Assembly (NCBI GenBank): GCA_032128875.1 | Contig: JAVLKG010000002.1 | Span: 1,056,001 to 1,120,000 of the forward strand | Reading direction: 5' to 3' | Length of the DNA stretch: 64,000 bases | Origin: Candidatus Melainabacteria bacterium 17Bon1m | Lineage (GTDB): Bacteria; Cyanobacteriota; Vampirovibrionia; Obscuribacterales; Obscuribacteraceae | Part shown: piece after piece, positions 1-8,782 of the stretch | Layout: every line of letters begins with the position of its first letter | How positions within the stretch are numbered: the first letter of the stretch is position 1 | Notes under the pieces: generated by a model | Database searches by the model: none | What the model was told of the DNA's origin: nothing | Seen by the model: the letters and a program-made list of their open reading frames with translations, nothing else | Translations under genes and position numbers: made by a program

Positions 1-1178
1 TCGTCTTCATTTTCGCGGTGGTAAAGCAAGCAGGGATGCAAATTGCCATCACCGGCATGATAAACATTGGCAATCGTAAGTCTGTGTTTATCACCAATCT
101 CGGCAATTCTTTCAATTGCTTCTTTCAATTTACTTCTCGGAATAACTCCATCGAGAACATAGCCATGCGGAGCGATGCGCCCGAGCGCTCCAAATGAAGT
201 TTTGCGAGCTTTCCAAATCAATGCTCTTTCTTTTTCGTCTTTTGCCCAATTAAGCGAGAGTGCGCCGTTTTCTTTTGCGACCGATTCGACAATTTGTCGC
301 TGCACATGAATGCTTTCTTGCGGTCCATCCAGCTCGACTATGAGAAGGCTGCCGGCGGCGCGATTCAAGCCCATGTGCAGATAATCTTCAACGGCGTTTA
401 GCGTCAGACTGTCGATCATTTCCATAGCGGCAGGTATTACGCCATGTGCAACAATTTCGGAGACGGCCTGTCCACCTGTTCCTACACTCGGAAAATAAGC
501 GAGCATGGTCTCTACAAAGCGAGAACGCGGCAAAAGCCTTACTGTTGCCTCAGTGGCGATTCCTAGAGTGCCTTCGGAGCCAACCATCAAACCAAGCAGA
601 TCGAGAGAAAGCTTATCTTTTGATCTGCCACCGAATACGGTGACACCGCCTTCCGGCAAAACCACTTTTGTGCTCAGGACATGATGGATGGTCATGCCAT
701 ATTTAAGTGTATGAGGACCACCTGAATTTTCCGCGAGATTTCCTCCAATCGTCGATGCCGACTGGCTGGACGGGTCCGGTGCAAAATACAGTCCATAAGG
801 CGCCGCAGCGTGCGAAACAGAGAGATTCGTCACGCCCACTTCAACTTCTGCCACCATATCCTTTGGATCGATACGCAAGATGCGATTCATTCTGGTGAGC
901 ACCAAACTGATTCCGCCATATATAGTCGTGGCGCCACCGGAAAGCCCGGTCGCCGCACCTCTGGCGGTAAACGGCATCGAATACTTGTTCGCCAGTTCTA
1001 CAACCTTCTGGACTTCCTCAGTTGATTTCGGTAATACCACCAAGTCTGGACGTGCCACATCCATTGTCTCCGCGTCGCATTCATATAGAGCCAGCGACAG
1101 CGGAGTGGAAAGCACATAGTTCTTTCCAACCACTCTTGCGAGTTCGTCAATTAGAGCAGCTTTCGCCGTATCGGGCAC
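1..1178 (-). CDS. glcD: FAD-linked oxidase, glycolate oxidase subunit GlcD family (3' end runs off the window)
   Basis: Not in the ORF track; read manually. GTG at 1178 with GAGG upstream. N-term MPDTAKAALIDELARVVG..YECDAETMDVARPDLVVLP, RGAGTGLSGG, PDPSSQSASTIGGNLAENSGGPHTLKYG and C-terminal HAGDGNLHP. Confidence 0.9.
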   Translation of the reverse strand, partial: MPDTAKAALIDELARVVGKNYVLSTPLSLALYECDAETMDVARPDLVVLPKSTEEVQKVVELANKYSMPFTARGAATGLSGGATTIYGGISLVLTRMNRILRIDPKDMVAEVEVGVTNLSVSHAAAPYGLYFAPDPSSQSASTIGGNLAENSGGPHTLKYGMTIHHVLSTKVVLPEGGVTVFGGRSKDKLSLDLLGLMVGSEGTLGIATEATVRLLPRSRFVETMLAYFPSVGTGGQAVSEIVAHGVIPAAMEMIDSLTLNAVEDYLHMGLNRAAGSLLIVELDGPQESIHVQRQIVESVAKENGALSLNWAKDEKERALIWKARKTSFGALGRIAPHGYVLDGVIPRSKLKEAIERIAEIGDKHRLTIANVYHAGDGNLHPCLLYHRENED

Positions 1179-1251
1179 GTATATCCTCGACAGTCCAGAC
1201 GTATACATAGTCCTTGCGGACAGTGGATATTATGTCCGAAACGCTGCCGCT

Positions 1252-2115
1252 TTATCTACGGTTTTGCATTCTCATAGTTTCTTGGTCGCCCGTGATGGAT
1301 CTAAATCCAGTCGGACCGCCATTGTTGTGTCCGAATGTGGAAATCTTGTCCACTGTCATACGCCTACTTCCTTGGGGGAATTGCAGCACTGGATTACCAG
1401 CCATTTTTGACACGGTCGCATATACCATCGCGTTATACACAATGCTGCTGCTGTTCGACTGCATGCGCACGTTGATGACACGACCGTCTCTAGTGATGGT
1501 GTAGTTAATCACGCAGACGAGGGGCGGACTCTTTGCCAAGAACGTTTTTGCATAGCCACTAATCTGATTGAAAATTGTTTCTGCCACCCGTCTGTGCCAT
1601 TCGTCCCAGGCGAGTTTCATCTCCTGACCATCAGGATCGTTGGGGTTTTGACGCATTTGATTCATCATTTGTGTGGGCGGCGCCATATCCGGCTGCATCA
1701 TTTGCTGACGGCCTTGCTGCGGAGGCGGCATCTGGTCGCCCATGCCCGGCATACCCTGCCCGTTGAATTGCCCACCATCGTTGGCGCTTAAGTTGTACTG
1801 GGGCGGCATTCCTGTTTTTGCCGCTTGTACTTGAAATGCAGACGGTGGTGCTTCAAAAGTATCTTCCTGCCCTGCGCCGCTGCTGTCGAAAGGATCTCCG
1901 GCATTCTTCATGTCATTGCGATTTAAGCTGGGTCCTTCCTCGGGTCGGATAAAACCCTGGTCGGCGCGCAGTTTGAATGTTTTATTCGGCTGGGTCGCAG
2001 CCTGGACCGGTCCGACCATAAGCTGACCGGCAAACGCGGTGGCCAGTGTTAATGTGGTCACCTTGTGAAGAATGGGTCCGAGACAGGATGATTTAAATGG
2101 CTTCATGGCAGACAA
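1252..2115 (-). CDS. Exported protein with a Q/P/M-rich linker and a C-terminal TonB/TolA-like domain
   Basis: Signal-like N-term (..VQAA). C-term WDEWHRRVAETI..INYTITRDGRVINVRMQSNS..YNA..QFPQG resembles a TonB C-terminal domain. Start may be ATG at 2106. Confidence 0.55.
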   Translation of the reverse strand: MSAMKPFKSSCLGPILHKVTTLTLATAFAGQLMVGPVQAATQPNKTFKLRADQGFIRPEEGPSLNRNDMKNAGDPFDSSGAGQEDTFEAPPSAFQVQAAKTGMPPQYNLSANDGGQFNGQGMPGMGDQMPPPQQGRQQMMQPDMAPPTQMMNQMRQNPNDPDGQEMKLAWDEWHRRVAETIFNQISGYAKTFLAKSPPLVCVINYTITRDGRVINVRMQSNSSSIVYNAMVYATVSKMAGNPVLQFPQGSRRMTVDKISTFGHNNGGPTGFRSITGDQETMRMQNRR

Positions 2116-2291
2116 GTTCGAGTGGTAAGGGTTGTCAGGGTTCCATATATGTAATGTACTCGAAAACGCAAAAAAGTAAATTCGGATACTACGTAGCTGG
2201 AAGTGAGTGTTTAATTAAACGTTTTAGCTCTAAGAACTCATTTAGTAAGGTCGGTCAGTCCCATTTTAGTTGATCCAGGTGACTCGAAAGT

Positions 2292-3116
2292 ATGGAAAAG
2301 ACGAAAGAATTACCCAAAAAACCATGCGGAATTATTGACAGCCATGCGCACGTAGTCAGTGAGTTCTTTGGCGAAGAACGCGAAGAAGTCATTCAGCGTT
2401 CGTTCGACAACGGTGTCGTTCAGATGGTGAATCCAGGCGTAGTTTTAAACAATATCGATGAACTGAAGGATCTTGCCGAGCGCCACGCCAATCTCTTTTT
2501 TGCAACTGGGCTGCACCCGCACGAGGCGAAAGATTGGACGGATAGGTGCGGTGAGGAGATCGAAAAAGCTTCGGCGCATCCTAAGGCAGTAGGTGTGGGT
2601 GAATGCGGTTTGGATTTCTATTACAACAATAGCGATCATGAAAGCCAAAAGAAGGCTTTTGCGGCGCAATGCCGGCTGGCAAAAAAGTTGAACAAACCAG
2701 TTATCGTTCATTGTAGAGATGCATGGCAAGAGGCTTTCGACATTCTCAAAGAAGAGGGCGCCGGCAATTCTCCGGATTCTCTTAGAGGTGTTTTCCACTG
2801 TTTTACTGGTACACCTGAGCATTTACCGAGCATTGCAGAGCTCGGATTCTACGTTTCTTTCTCAGGCATCGTTACGTTCAACAGTGCAAAGACTTTGCAG
2901 GAAGCCGCTAAGCATGTACCGCAAGATAAGATTCTCGTTGAAACCGACTGCCCGTTTTTGGCACCGCAGAAGGTGCGCGGCGCGAAGAATGAACCAAAAT
3001 ATGTTTGGTATGTCGCGGAAAAACTTGCCGAATTGCGGGGCTCGACTGTCGAGTCGATCGCTCAAAGCGCCATGGAGAATACAAGAAAACTCTTCAAATT
3101 GCCAATGCCGGAATAA
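2292..3116 (+). CDS. tatD: TatD family metal-dependent hydrolase/DNase
   Basis: IDSHAH, GLHPH, GECGLD, VHCRDA, FHCFTG, ETDCPFLAP motifs. Confidence 0.95.
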   Translation: MEKTKELPKKPCGIIDSHAHVVSEFFGEEREEVIQRSFDNGVVQMVNPGVVLNNIDELKDLAERHANLFFATGLHPHEAKDWTDRCGEEIEKASAHPKAVGVGECGLDFYYNNSDHESQKKAFAAQCRLAKKLNKPVIVHCRDAWQEAFDILKEEGAGNSPDSLRGVFHCFTGTPEHLPSIAELGFYVSFSGIVTFNSAKTLQEAAKHVPQDKILVETDCPFLAPQKVRGAKNEPKYVWYVAEKLAELRGSTVESIAQSAMENTRKLFKLPMPE

Positions 3117-3149
3117 AAGGGTCAGCGCCTGCGGACGGTTTTTTTGAGG

Positions 3150-3226
3150 GTTTGCGAATTGGGAAAGATTTGCGAACGATTTTGCGAACGATTTTGCGAA
3201 CGATTTGGGAACGGTTTTCGCCGAAC
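3150..3226. repeat. Short tandem repeat (GATTTTGCGAAC-like, 11-12 bp unit) between convergent genes
   Basis: gatttgcgaac / gattttgcgaac / gattttgcgaac / gatttgggaac / ggttttcgccgaac at 3167-3226, plus a partial copy at 3150. Confidence 0.85.
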
Positions 3227-3242
3227 AGTTAAGCCGAATAAA

Positions 3243-4553
3243 TTACTTTGTAGCGACTTGCAAGCGCACCTCGGCACCTTCACCTGGTTGAGATGAAAAG
3301 GTCAGCTGAACAGCGTATAAAGAACGCATGATCTCAGCACGTTGACGCATACTGCTCATGCCCATGCCTCCGGCATCCGTCCGTTCTTCGTCGAGAATTG
3401 CCGCATCGTAGCCGGTTCCGTTGTCGCTCACGACAAAAACGTAGCATCCGTCCGATGGCTCTTCAATTCTGACTGTTATTTCCGAAGCAGAGGAATACTT
3501 CTCTGCATTGTTTAACGCTTCTTGTATGATCCTGAAAATGTGCAGCTGAATCAGCTCGGGCAGTCGCGGTAATTCTGTTTCGACATCAAGATTGCAAGAA
3601 ATGCCCGAACGTTCTTCCACCCTCTCCAAAAGCCCTTCGACGCTGACTTTCAATCCCCAATCTTGTAGGTTTCGAGGCGCGTAATCATTGCAAATGTCGC
3701 GAAGTTTTTCGACGACTTCATCTAGCGTCTCCAGCAATTCATCATTTGTCAGCGCTCGGTCGCCGGACATGTAGCGCTTTAGCATCAACAAATCTGCAAT
3801 CACAGTGTCATGCAAATCCCGGGCAACACGCCTCTTTGTCTCTTCTTGCTGCTGGACAATTTTCCACGCTAAGTTTTGAACTTCCAACTTGTGTTGGTCG
3901 ACTTTGTGCGCGCGTGGGAGTTTTAACGGCGCAACTAACGGCTTTTGCAGGGACGGATCGCTGATGCCTTCCTTGTTTTCTTCGGGATAAAGAGAGCCAA
4001 GACAACGATCGAGCAGGAGCAAGATTTCTTCTACTCGCAACCTCTCACCATTGCGCATCCAGGCTGGACCATATTTTGTGTGCACGAGGTCTAATTTGTA
4101 TTTGAGTCGCGTGTCGAATTCTGCGTAGGAAAGGAAAACCATCTCTTTTGTAGGGATGATGAACATTTCAATGGCTTGAGCGGATGCTCTCACGGAAAGA
4201 CAGAGGGCGTCATTTTTAGCGCGAAATCTATAAAAGCTTTTGGGCAAATTCTTTTTGCTCACCAGCGCGTTTATGTGAGGAGGGCTCTCTGGTTCTTTTA
4301 TGTGCTTCGGTGGCGTCAATTCAAGACTTCTGAAACGCTCTTTCTGTGTTTCGTTTTCGATGCGATGCTTCAATGCGTCAAACAGGCTGTCCATCAATTC
4401 GACCGCGACTAGAATATTCTCACGCCCATCGGTGTCAGTGAGCGCAGCGGCTTGCGCCTTTTTCTCTGCGGGTGCCGAATGTTTTACTTCTAATGACTTA
4501 GCCGGAAAAAGAAGTTTTGCCAGCTTTCGTGCGTCGAATGGAAAGTTAACCAC
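3243..4553 (-). CDS. Soluble sensor histidine kinase, HisKA_3 (NarX-like)
   Basis: H-box RRVARDLHDTV, N-box FRIIQEALNNAEKYS, DNGTG, GGMGMSSM, PGEGA. No obvious transmembrane segment. Confidence 0.92.
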   Translation of the reverse strand: MVNFPFDARKLAKLLFPAKSLEVKHSAPAEKKAQAAALTDTDGRENILVAVELMDSLFDALKHRIENETQKERFRSLELTPPKHIKEPESPPHINALVSKKNLPKSFYRFRAKNDALCLSVRASAQAIEMFIIPTKEMVFLSYAEFDTRLKYKLDLVHTKYGPAWMRNGERLRVEEILLLLDRCLGSLYPEENKEGISDPSLQKPLVAPLKLPRAHKVDQHKLEVQNLAWKIVQQQEETKRRVARDLHDTVIADLLMLKRYMSGDRALTNDELLETLDEVVEKLRDICNDYAPRNLQDWGLKVSVEGLLERVEERSGISCNLDVETELPRLPELIQLHIFRIIQEALNNAEKYSSASEITVRIEEPSDGCYVFVVSDNGTGYDAAILDEERTDAGGMGMSSMRQRAEIMRSLYAVQLTFSSQPGEGAEVRLQVATK

Positions 4554-4559
4554 GGCAGC

Positions 4560-5198
4560 CTATACGCCTCTTGCGCTTATATCCAAACTGCCATAGCCAT
4601 TTTCAACTGCCCACGCAATTAGCTGTTCTCGGGTTTCTAGTCCTAGTTTTAGCAGCAGCGTCTCGCACTGTTTTCTTACTGTAGTAATGGAAGTTGTTCG
4701 TGCGTCGGCGATGTCTTGATACTTCATTCCTCTGGCCATCATGCGCAGCACTTCGTCTTCACTGCGAGTGAGTTTTTTCCAATTGCCTTTCACTTGCTCT
4801 GAGACGATTCCTGTCTCACCTTTTGCTACTCGTCTTATTGTTTCGGCAACCTTTGCCACTCTTTCCGACTTCAGTAAATAGGCTTGAACTCCCATTCCTA
4901 GCACGGTCTGAATGAAAGCCATACGACTCTCCGCTGAAAAGATCACCAGCTTCGAATCTTTCAATTGAGAAAACTTTTCCACCATTGAGCGCGGACCGTG
5001 CGAGCCAGGCAAGTGAAGATCAAGAAGCACCACATCCGGCTTCATCTGTTCGACCATCTGATAGCCTTCATCGCCATCAAGAGATGTGGCAATCACTTTG
5101 ATATCGCTCTCTTGCGACAGCCCAATCGTCAAGCCATCCAGAGTAGCTTGATGATCCTCGATGATCACTACCTTGATAGGCTCTGTCACTTCATTCAC
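4560..5198 (-). CDS. NarL/LuxR-family response regulator
   Basis: IIEDH, VLLDLHLP (phospho-Asp), YLLK, C-terminal LTRSEDEVLRMMARGMKYQDIA HTH. Confidence 0.95.
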   Translation of the reverse strand: MNEVTEPIKVVIIEDHQATLDGLTIGLSQESDIKVIATSLDGDEGYQMVEQMKPDVVLLDLHLPGSHGPRSMVEKFSQLKDSKLVIFSAESRMAFIQTVLGMGVQAYLLKSERVAKVAETIRRVAKGETGIVSEQVKGNWKKLTRSEDEVLRMMARGMKYQDIADARTTSITTVRKQCETLLLKLGLETREQLIAWAVENGYGSLDISARGV

Positions 5199-5217
5199 TC
5201 CAATGTGTGTGTTTAAC

Positions 5218-6717
5218 TTAATTTTCGCTGAGTTTTCGATATCGCTTGCCCAGACTTGTCGCTTTTGCGAAGTGCTCGGAGTTTTTTGAAACTCTCAAGA
5301 GCGAGTCGGCAGCGCCTTGATAGTTTTTCGCTTGGGCAAGTCTTACGCCTAAATTGAAGAGCAAATCGTCAACGTAAGTTTGCTCTTGGGGTTTTAACCT
5401 CTGCCGCTTTATTTTGTCGAGCATTTGGAGCGCTTCGACTGTTCTTCCCTGAGTAATCAACTCTTCAACAGAGCTGAGTGCGGGCGGCGGCTGTTCGGGG
5501 AAAACCAGCTTGAGAGCAGAGAACATGAGGAAGGCTGAGACCAGAGTAAAGACAAAAACGTTGAAGCGGTGTTTTGAACCAGCGGAAAGAATGTCCTTCT
5601 TGCTGGTCGCTTGCTCCGCGTGAGCGGTGTCTTCCCGCATGTCCGGAACGTTAAGTACTTCCTGTGGTGTCGTTATTGCAAACTGGCTTTCTTTCAAAGC
5701 CATATGCACTGCTTTCGTCGAAGCATCGTCGAAAGGAATCCAACCAGATGCTCCGACCGCGCTCTTGTCCTTTTTCTTCTCAAATTTGGACAGAGCCATC
5801 TCGATATCATCGAGAAGCTCTTCAGCATTAGCTTGGCGCTCAAACTTGGTTTTGCTCAGCGCTTTTTTGACTGCTGCTTCCAGACCTGAAGGAAACGGCA
5901 AATCGACACGAATAGCATTCATACTCGGCGGTGGACGATTGACGTGCATAAACATCAAGCCCATGACGTCGTCCGCATAGAAGGGACGCTTGCCTGTTAG
6001 CATCTCAAAAATCGTCACGCCCAGCGAATAGACGTCGCTGCGAATATCCAGCTCTTCGCCTCTGCATTGCTCTGGGCTCATGTATCCGGGCGAGCCGCAG
6101 ACCTTGCCGTCCATAGTCAGAGACCCCGATTGCTCGTTGCGCTCGAACATGAGTTTTGCGACACCGAAGTCGAGCACTTTTACAATTTCGTTTTCGAGGA
6201 CGATGTTTTCCGGCTTCAAGTCGCGGTGTATGACTTTGGCTCTGTGAGCCTCCGCCACGGCGCTGAGAACCTGGCGCATGATAGGCAAAGCCTCATCTAG
6301 AGATATGTGTCCTTTATCGCGAATTCTGCGCGACAGAGACTCTCCTTTGAGAAACTCAGTGACGATATAAGGCTGTTCTTCGCCCAATAAGCCGTAATGA
6401 AAGAGCTTGACGATATTGGGGTGGTTGAGACTGCTGATAGTCTTTGCTTCGCGCAAGAACCGGCGGCGTGAATTGGGATCGGATACACGGCTGCCGTGCA
6501 GGAGCTTAATGGCCATTTGCCGTGATGTTGTTTCATCCAGCGCGCGAAAAACAGCACCCATCGAGCCTTGCCCTAAGAAGGCCAAAATGCGATAGCGGTC
6601 ATCGATATACTTGCCGATAAAAGGGCTCTTTCCGGCATCAGCAAGGCGAACACTGTCGACCGGACAAAGGTCTTTGTCGTCCTCGAAAAGTTCGTTGCAG
6701 GTGTCGCAAAGCTTCAT
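5218..6717 (-). CDS. Membrane Ser/Thr protein kinase with N-terminal Cys motif
   Basis: MKLCDTC..CPVD, GQGSMG, AIK, HRDLKPEN, DFG, GSPGYMSPE; one TM (FNVFVFTLVSAFLMFSAL) and a short helical C-terminal domain. Confidence 0.95.
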   Translation of the reverse strand: MKLCDTCNELFEDDKDLCPVDSVRLADAGKSPFIGKYIDDRYRILAFLGQGSMGAVFRALDETTSRQMAIKLLHGSRVSDPNSRRRFLREAKTISSLNHPNIVKLFHYGLLGEEQPYIVTEFLKGESLSRRIRDKGHISLDEALPIMRQVLSAVAEAHRAKVIHRDLKPENIVLENEIVKVLDFGVAKLMFERNEQSGSLTMDGKVCGSPGYMSPEQCRGEELDIRSDVYSLGVTIFEMLTGKRPFYADDVMGLMFMHVNRPPPSMNAIRVDLPFPSGLEAAVKKALSKTKFERQANAEELLDDIEMALSKFEKKKDKSAVGASGWIPFDDASTKAVHMALKESQFAITTPQEVLNVPDMREDTAHAEQATSKKDILSAGSKHRFNVFVFTLVSAFLMFSALKLVFPEQPPPALSSVEELITQGRTVEALQMLDKIKRQRLKPQEQTYVDDLLFNLGVRLAQAKNYQGAADSLLRVSKNSEHFAKATSLGKRYRKLSEN

Positions 6718-6721
6718 TCTT

Positions 6722-8623
6722 TCACCTGCCGCCCGTCGAATTCAGTTGCCGTTTGTAAGCTGACATCAATCCGCTTGCTGTCTCCTGGTATTGCGAATTT
6801 GCAGGAATTTTCTTCAACGTGTTTATAGCTTGAGTATATTTGTTCTGGTTGGCAAACTTACGTGCAAGGTTCAAATAAGCCGTGTGCAGAGTAGAAGTTT
6901 GAGCCGGCGTCAAATGCCTTGTCACGCGCTGCTGGTTCTCCAGTTTGCTGATGGCTTGCTCTGTGTGTCCTCTCACCAACATTTCGTCGGCAGTATCGGG
7001 TGTGGCAATATCCCATAATTTTAAAATACCGATTCCGCCGACCACAATAATGACAATCAAAGGAAGAATAATTTTCAGCGCACTGGGCGCCCACTCTGAT
7101 TCATTGTGATAATGATCGGCCGCATCCTGGGCGAATGAGCCGGTGCTGCGAACGTCTCTGCTTCTGGCAGTGCCACTGCCAGTGTCTTCATAGCGCTGAA
7201 CCACTGCCTGTGGTGGCGCTCCTGAATCTCGATTTTTGTGGGCGGGTGCAATTGAGTCTTGAGTGTTTTGGTCGTAAGACTGAGCGATAGCTGCAGCGTT
7301 AGCGGGCTGTATGGGCGGCATTTGTTGCGGCTGTTGTACATTGGCGAGCCTTGAAACAGTGTCACCCGAAGTGCCAGGCGCCGCATCGAACGAGGTTTGT
7401 TGCGGCGCATACGCGCTCAAGGAGTCATTGCTCAATTCAATCAAAGAAGCAGCAACAAAGTCTGCGCCGCTCGAATCCGCACCGTTTGTATTTGGATTTG
7501 CGGCGTGCCTGTTTGCCGGTGAGCTATTGTTTTTTGCTTTTACCCCGATGAATACGTCTTGATTGTCGCTGCTGGCGCTGTGCGATTTTTCTTTTGCAGT
7601 CGTGAAAAGTGGTGATGCCTCTTCTCTAACTGCGTTGGGATCGACAATTGGTGCTGCCGGTAAGTTGTTGCTGCACTGTTCCAGTACCGAATTCATTTTA
7701 GCGAGAAGCGCTTCAACACTTTGTGGGCGGGCGGCAGGATCTTTAGCCAGAGTGGAAGAGATCATGTCTTCGAGAACAGACGGAAAATGCAAATCCGGCT
7801 CTACATCAGAGAGTCTTGGGGGTTCGTCATTGACATGCAAATACATCAAGCTGACCAGATCCTTCGCCGAGAATGGTCGCTTGCCTGTCAGTGCTTCGAA
7901 AAGTACGATACCGATCGAATAGATGTCACTGCGACCGTCGACGTCAGAACCACGGCACTGCTCGGGGCTCATGTATGCAGGGCTGCCGCAGATTATTCCA
8001 TCCACAGTTAGCTGCACCGGGTCTACAGTCGAATTATCTGCCATCTTCGCGATGCTGAAATCGACCAGCTTCACAAAGTCTTTGGTGTCTTCTTTTTCGA
8101 CCAATACGATATTGGGTGGTTTGATGTCCCTGTGTACGATTCCTTTTCTATGGGCTTCCGAGAGGGCTTCCAGAACCTGTTTGACTATGGCAATTGCTCG
8201 TTTTGCTTCCAAGCGGCCTTCAGTGGACAGCACTTTCGCCAGGGTAGTGCCGTTGAGAAGGTCCATCACAAAATAAGGCTGACCGTCCGAGGTCATACCG
8301 AAATCGTACAAAGTGAGGAGATTTGGGTGTTCGAGCCTGCTAATCGCTTTTGCTTCTCTGTGAAAACGCACCAGCGATTCCGGATCTGCGCCGAGATAAC
8401 CGTGCAAGACTTTGAGGGCGACCTGCCGACCCAATAGCTCTTGTTTGGCCTTGTATACGCTGCCCACTGCCCCTTTGGCAATCAAAGATTCGACCCGATA
8501 ACGTTCGTCTATCAGCGCGCCAATAAGCGGATCGTTCGGTAAAGGAACGAGAAACGAACCCTCATGCGGGCACAATTCGACCTCGTCGGTGAATTGTTTA
8601 TGGCAGTTGAGGCAAAGCTTCAT
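6722..8623 (-). CDS. Membrane Ser/Thr protein kinase with N-terminal Cys motif
   Basis: MKLCLNC..CPHE, ALK, HRDIKPPN, DFS, GSPAYMSPE; low-complexity linker; TM IILPLIVIIVVGGIGIL. Confidence 0.95.
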   Translation of the reverse strand: MKLCLNCHKQFTDEVELCPHEGSFLVPLPNDPLIGALIDERYRVESLIAKGAVGSVYKAKQELLGRQVALKVLHGYLGADPESLVRFHREAKAISRLEHPNLLTLYDFGMTSDGQPYFVMDLLNGTTLAKVLSTEGRLEAKRAIAIVKQVLEALSEAHRKGIVHRDIKPPNIVLVEKEDTKDFVKLVDFSIAKMADNSTVDPVQLTVDGIICGSPAYMSPEQCRGSDVDGRSDIYSIGIVLFEALTGKRPFSAKDLVSLMYLHVNDEPPRLSDVEPDLHFPSVLEDMISSTLAKDPAARPQSVEALLAKMNSVLEQCSNNLPAAPIVDPNAVREEASPLFTTAKEKSHSASSDNQDVFIGVKAKNNSSPANRHAANPNTNGADSSGADFVAASLIELSNDSLSAYAPQQTSFDAAPGTSGDTVSRLANVQQPQQMPPIQPANAAAIAQSYDQNTQDSIAPAHKNRDSGAPPQAVVQRYEDTGSGTARSRDVRSTGSFAQDAADHYHNESEWAPSALKIILPLIVIIVVGGIGILKLWDIATPDTADEMLVRGHTEQAISKLENQQRVTRHLTPAQTSTLHTAYLNLARKFANQNKYTQAINTLKKIPANSQYQETASGLMSAYKRQLNSTGGR

Positions 8624-8782
8624 GGGACACGAACAAACAGGTCTTTATTTCTTTTTACCCACGCAGGTATGTATTAGTACCGCGCGCGCGTGCGTGAGGC
8701 TTTATCAGACAACAAAAGGCATGCTCAAGCAGATGAGCTTCTAGCTTGAAATGATTCTAGGCCAACCCCTTGCGGCGGCGAT

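Noticed and set aside
2209-2220. Palindrome GTTTAATTAAAC between divergent genes
   Set aside because: Short, AT-rich and single-copy, so it could arise by chance.
3116-3146. Intrinsic terminator after tatD
   Set aside because: A T-run is present but the stem is short and mismatched.
3150-3226. Possible CRISPR array
   Set aside because: Units are 11-12 bp and abut with no spacers; no cas genes recognised.
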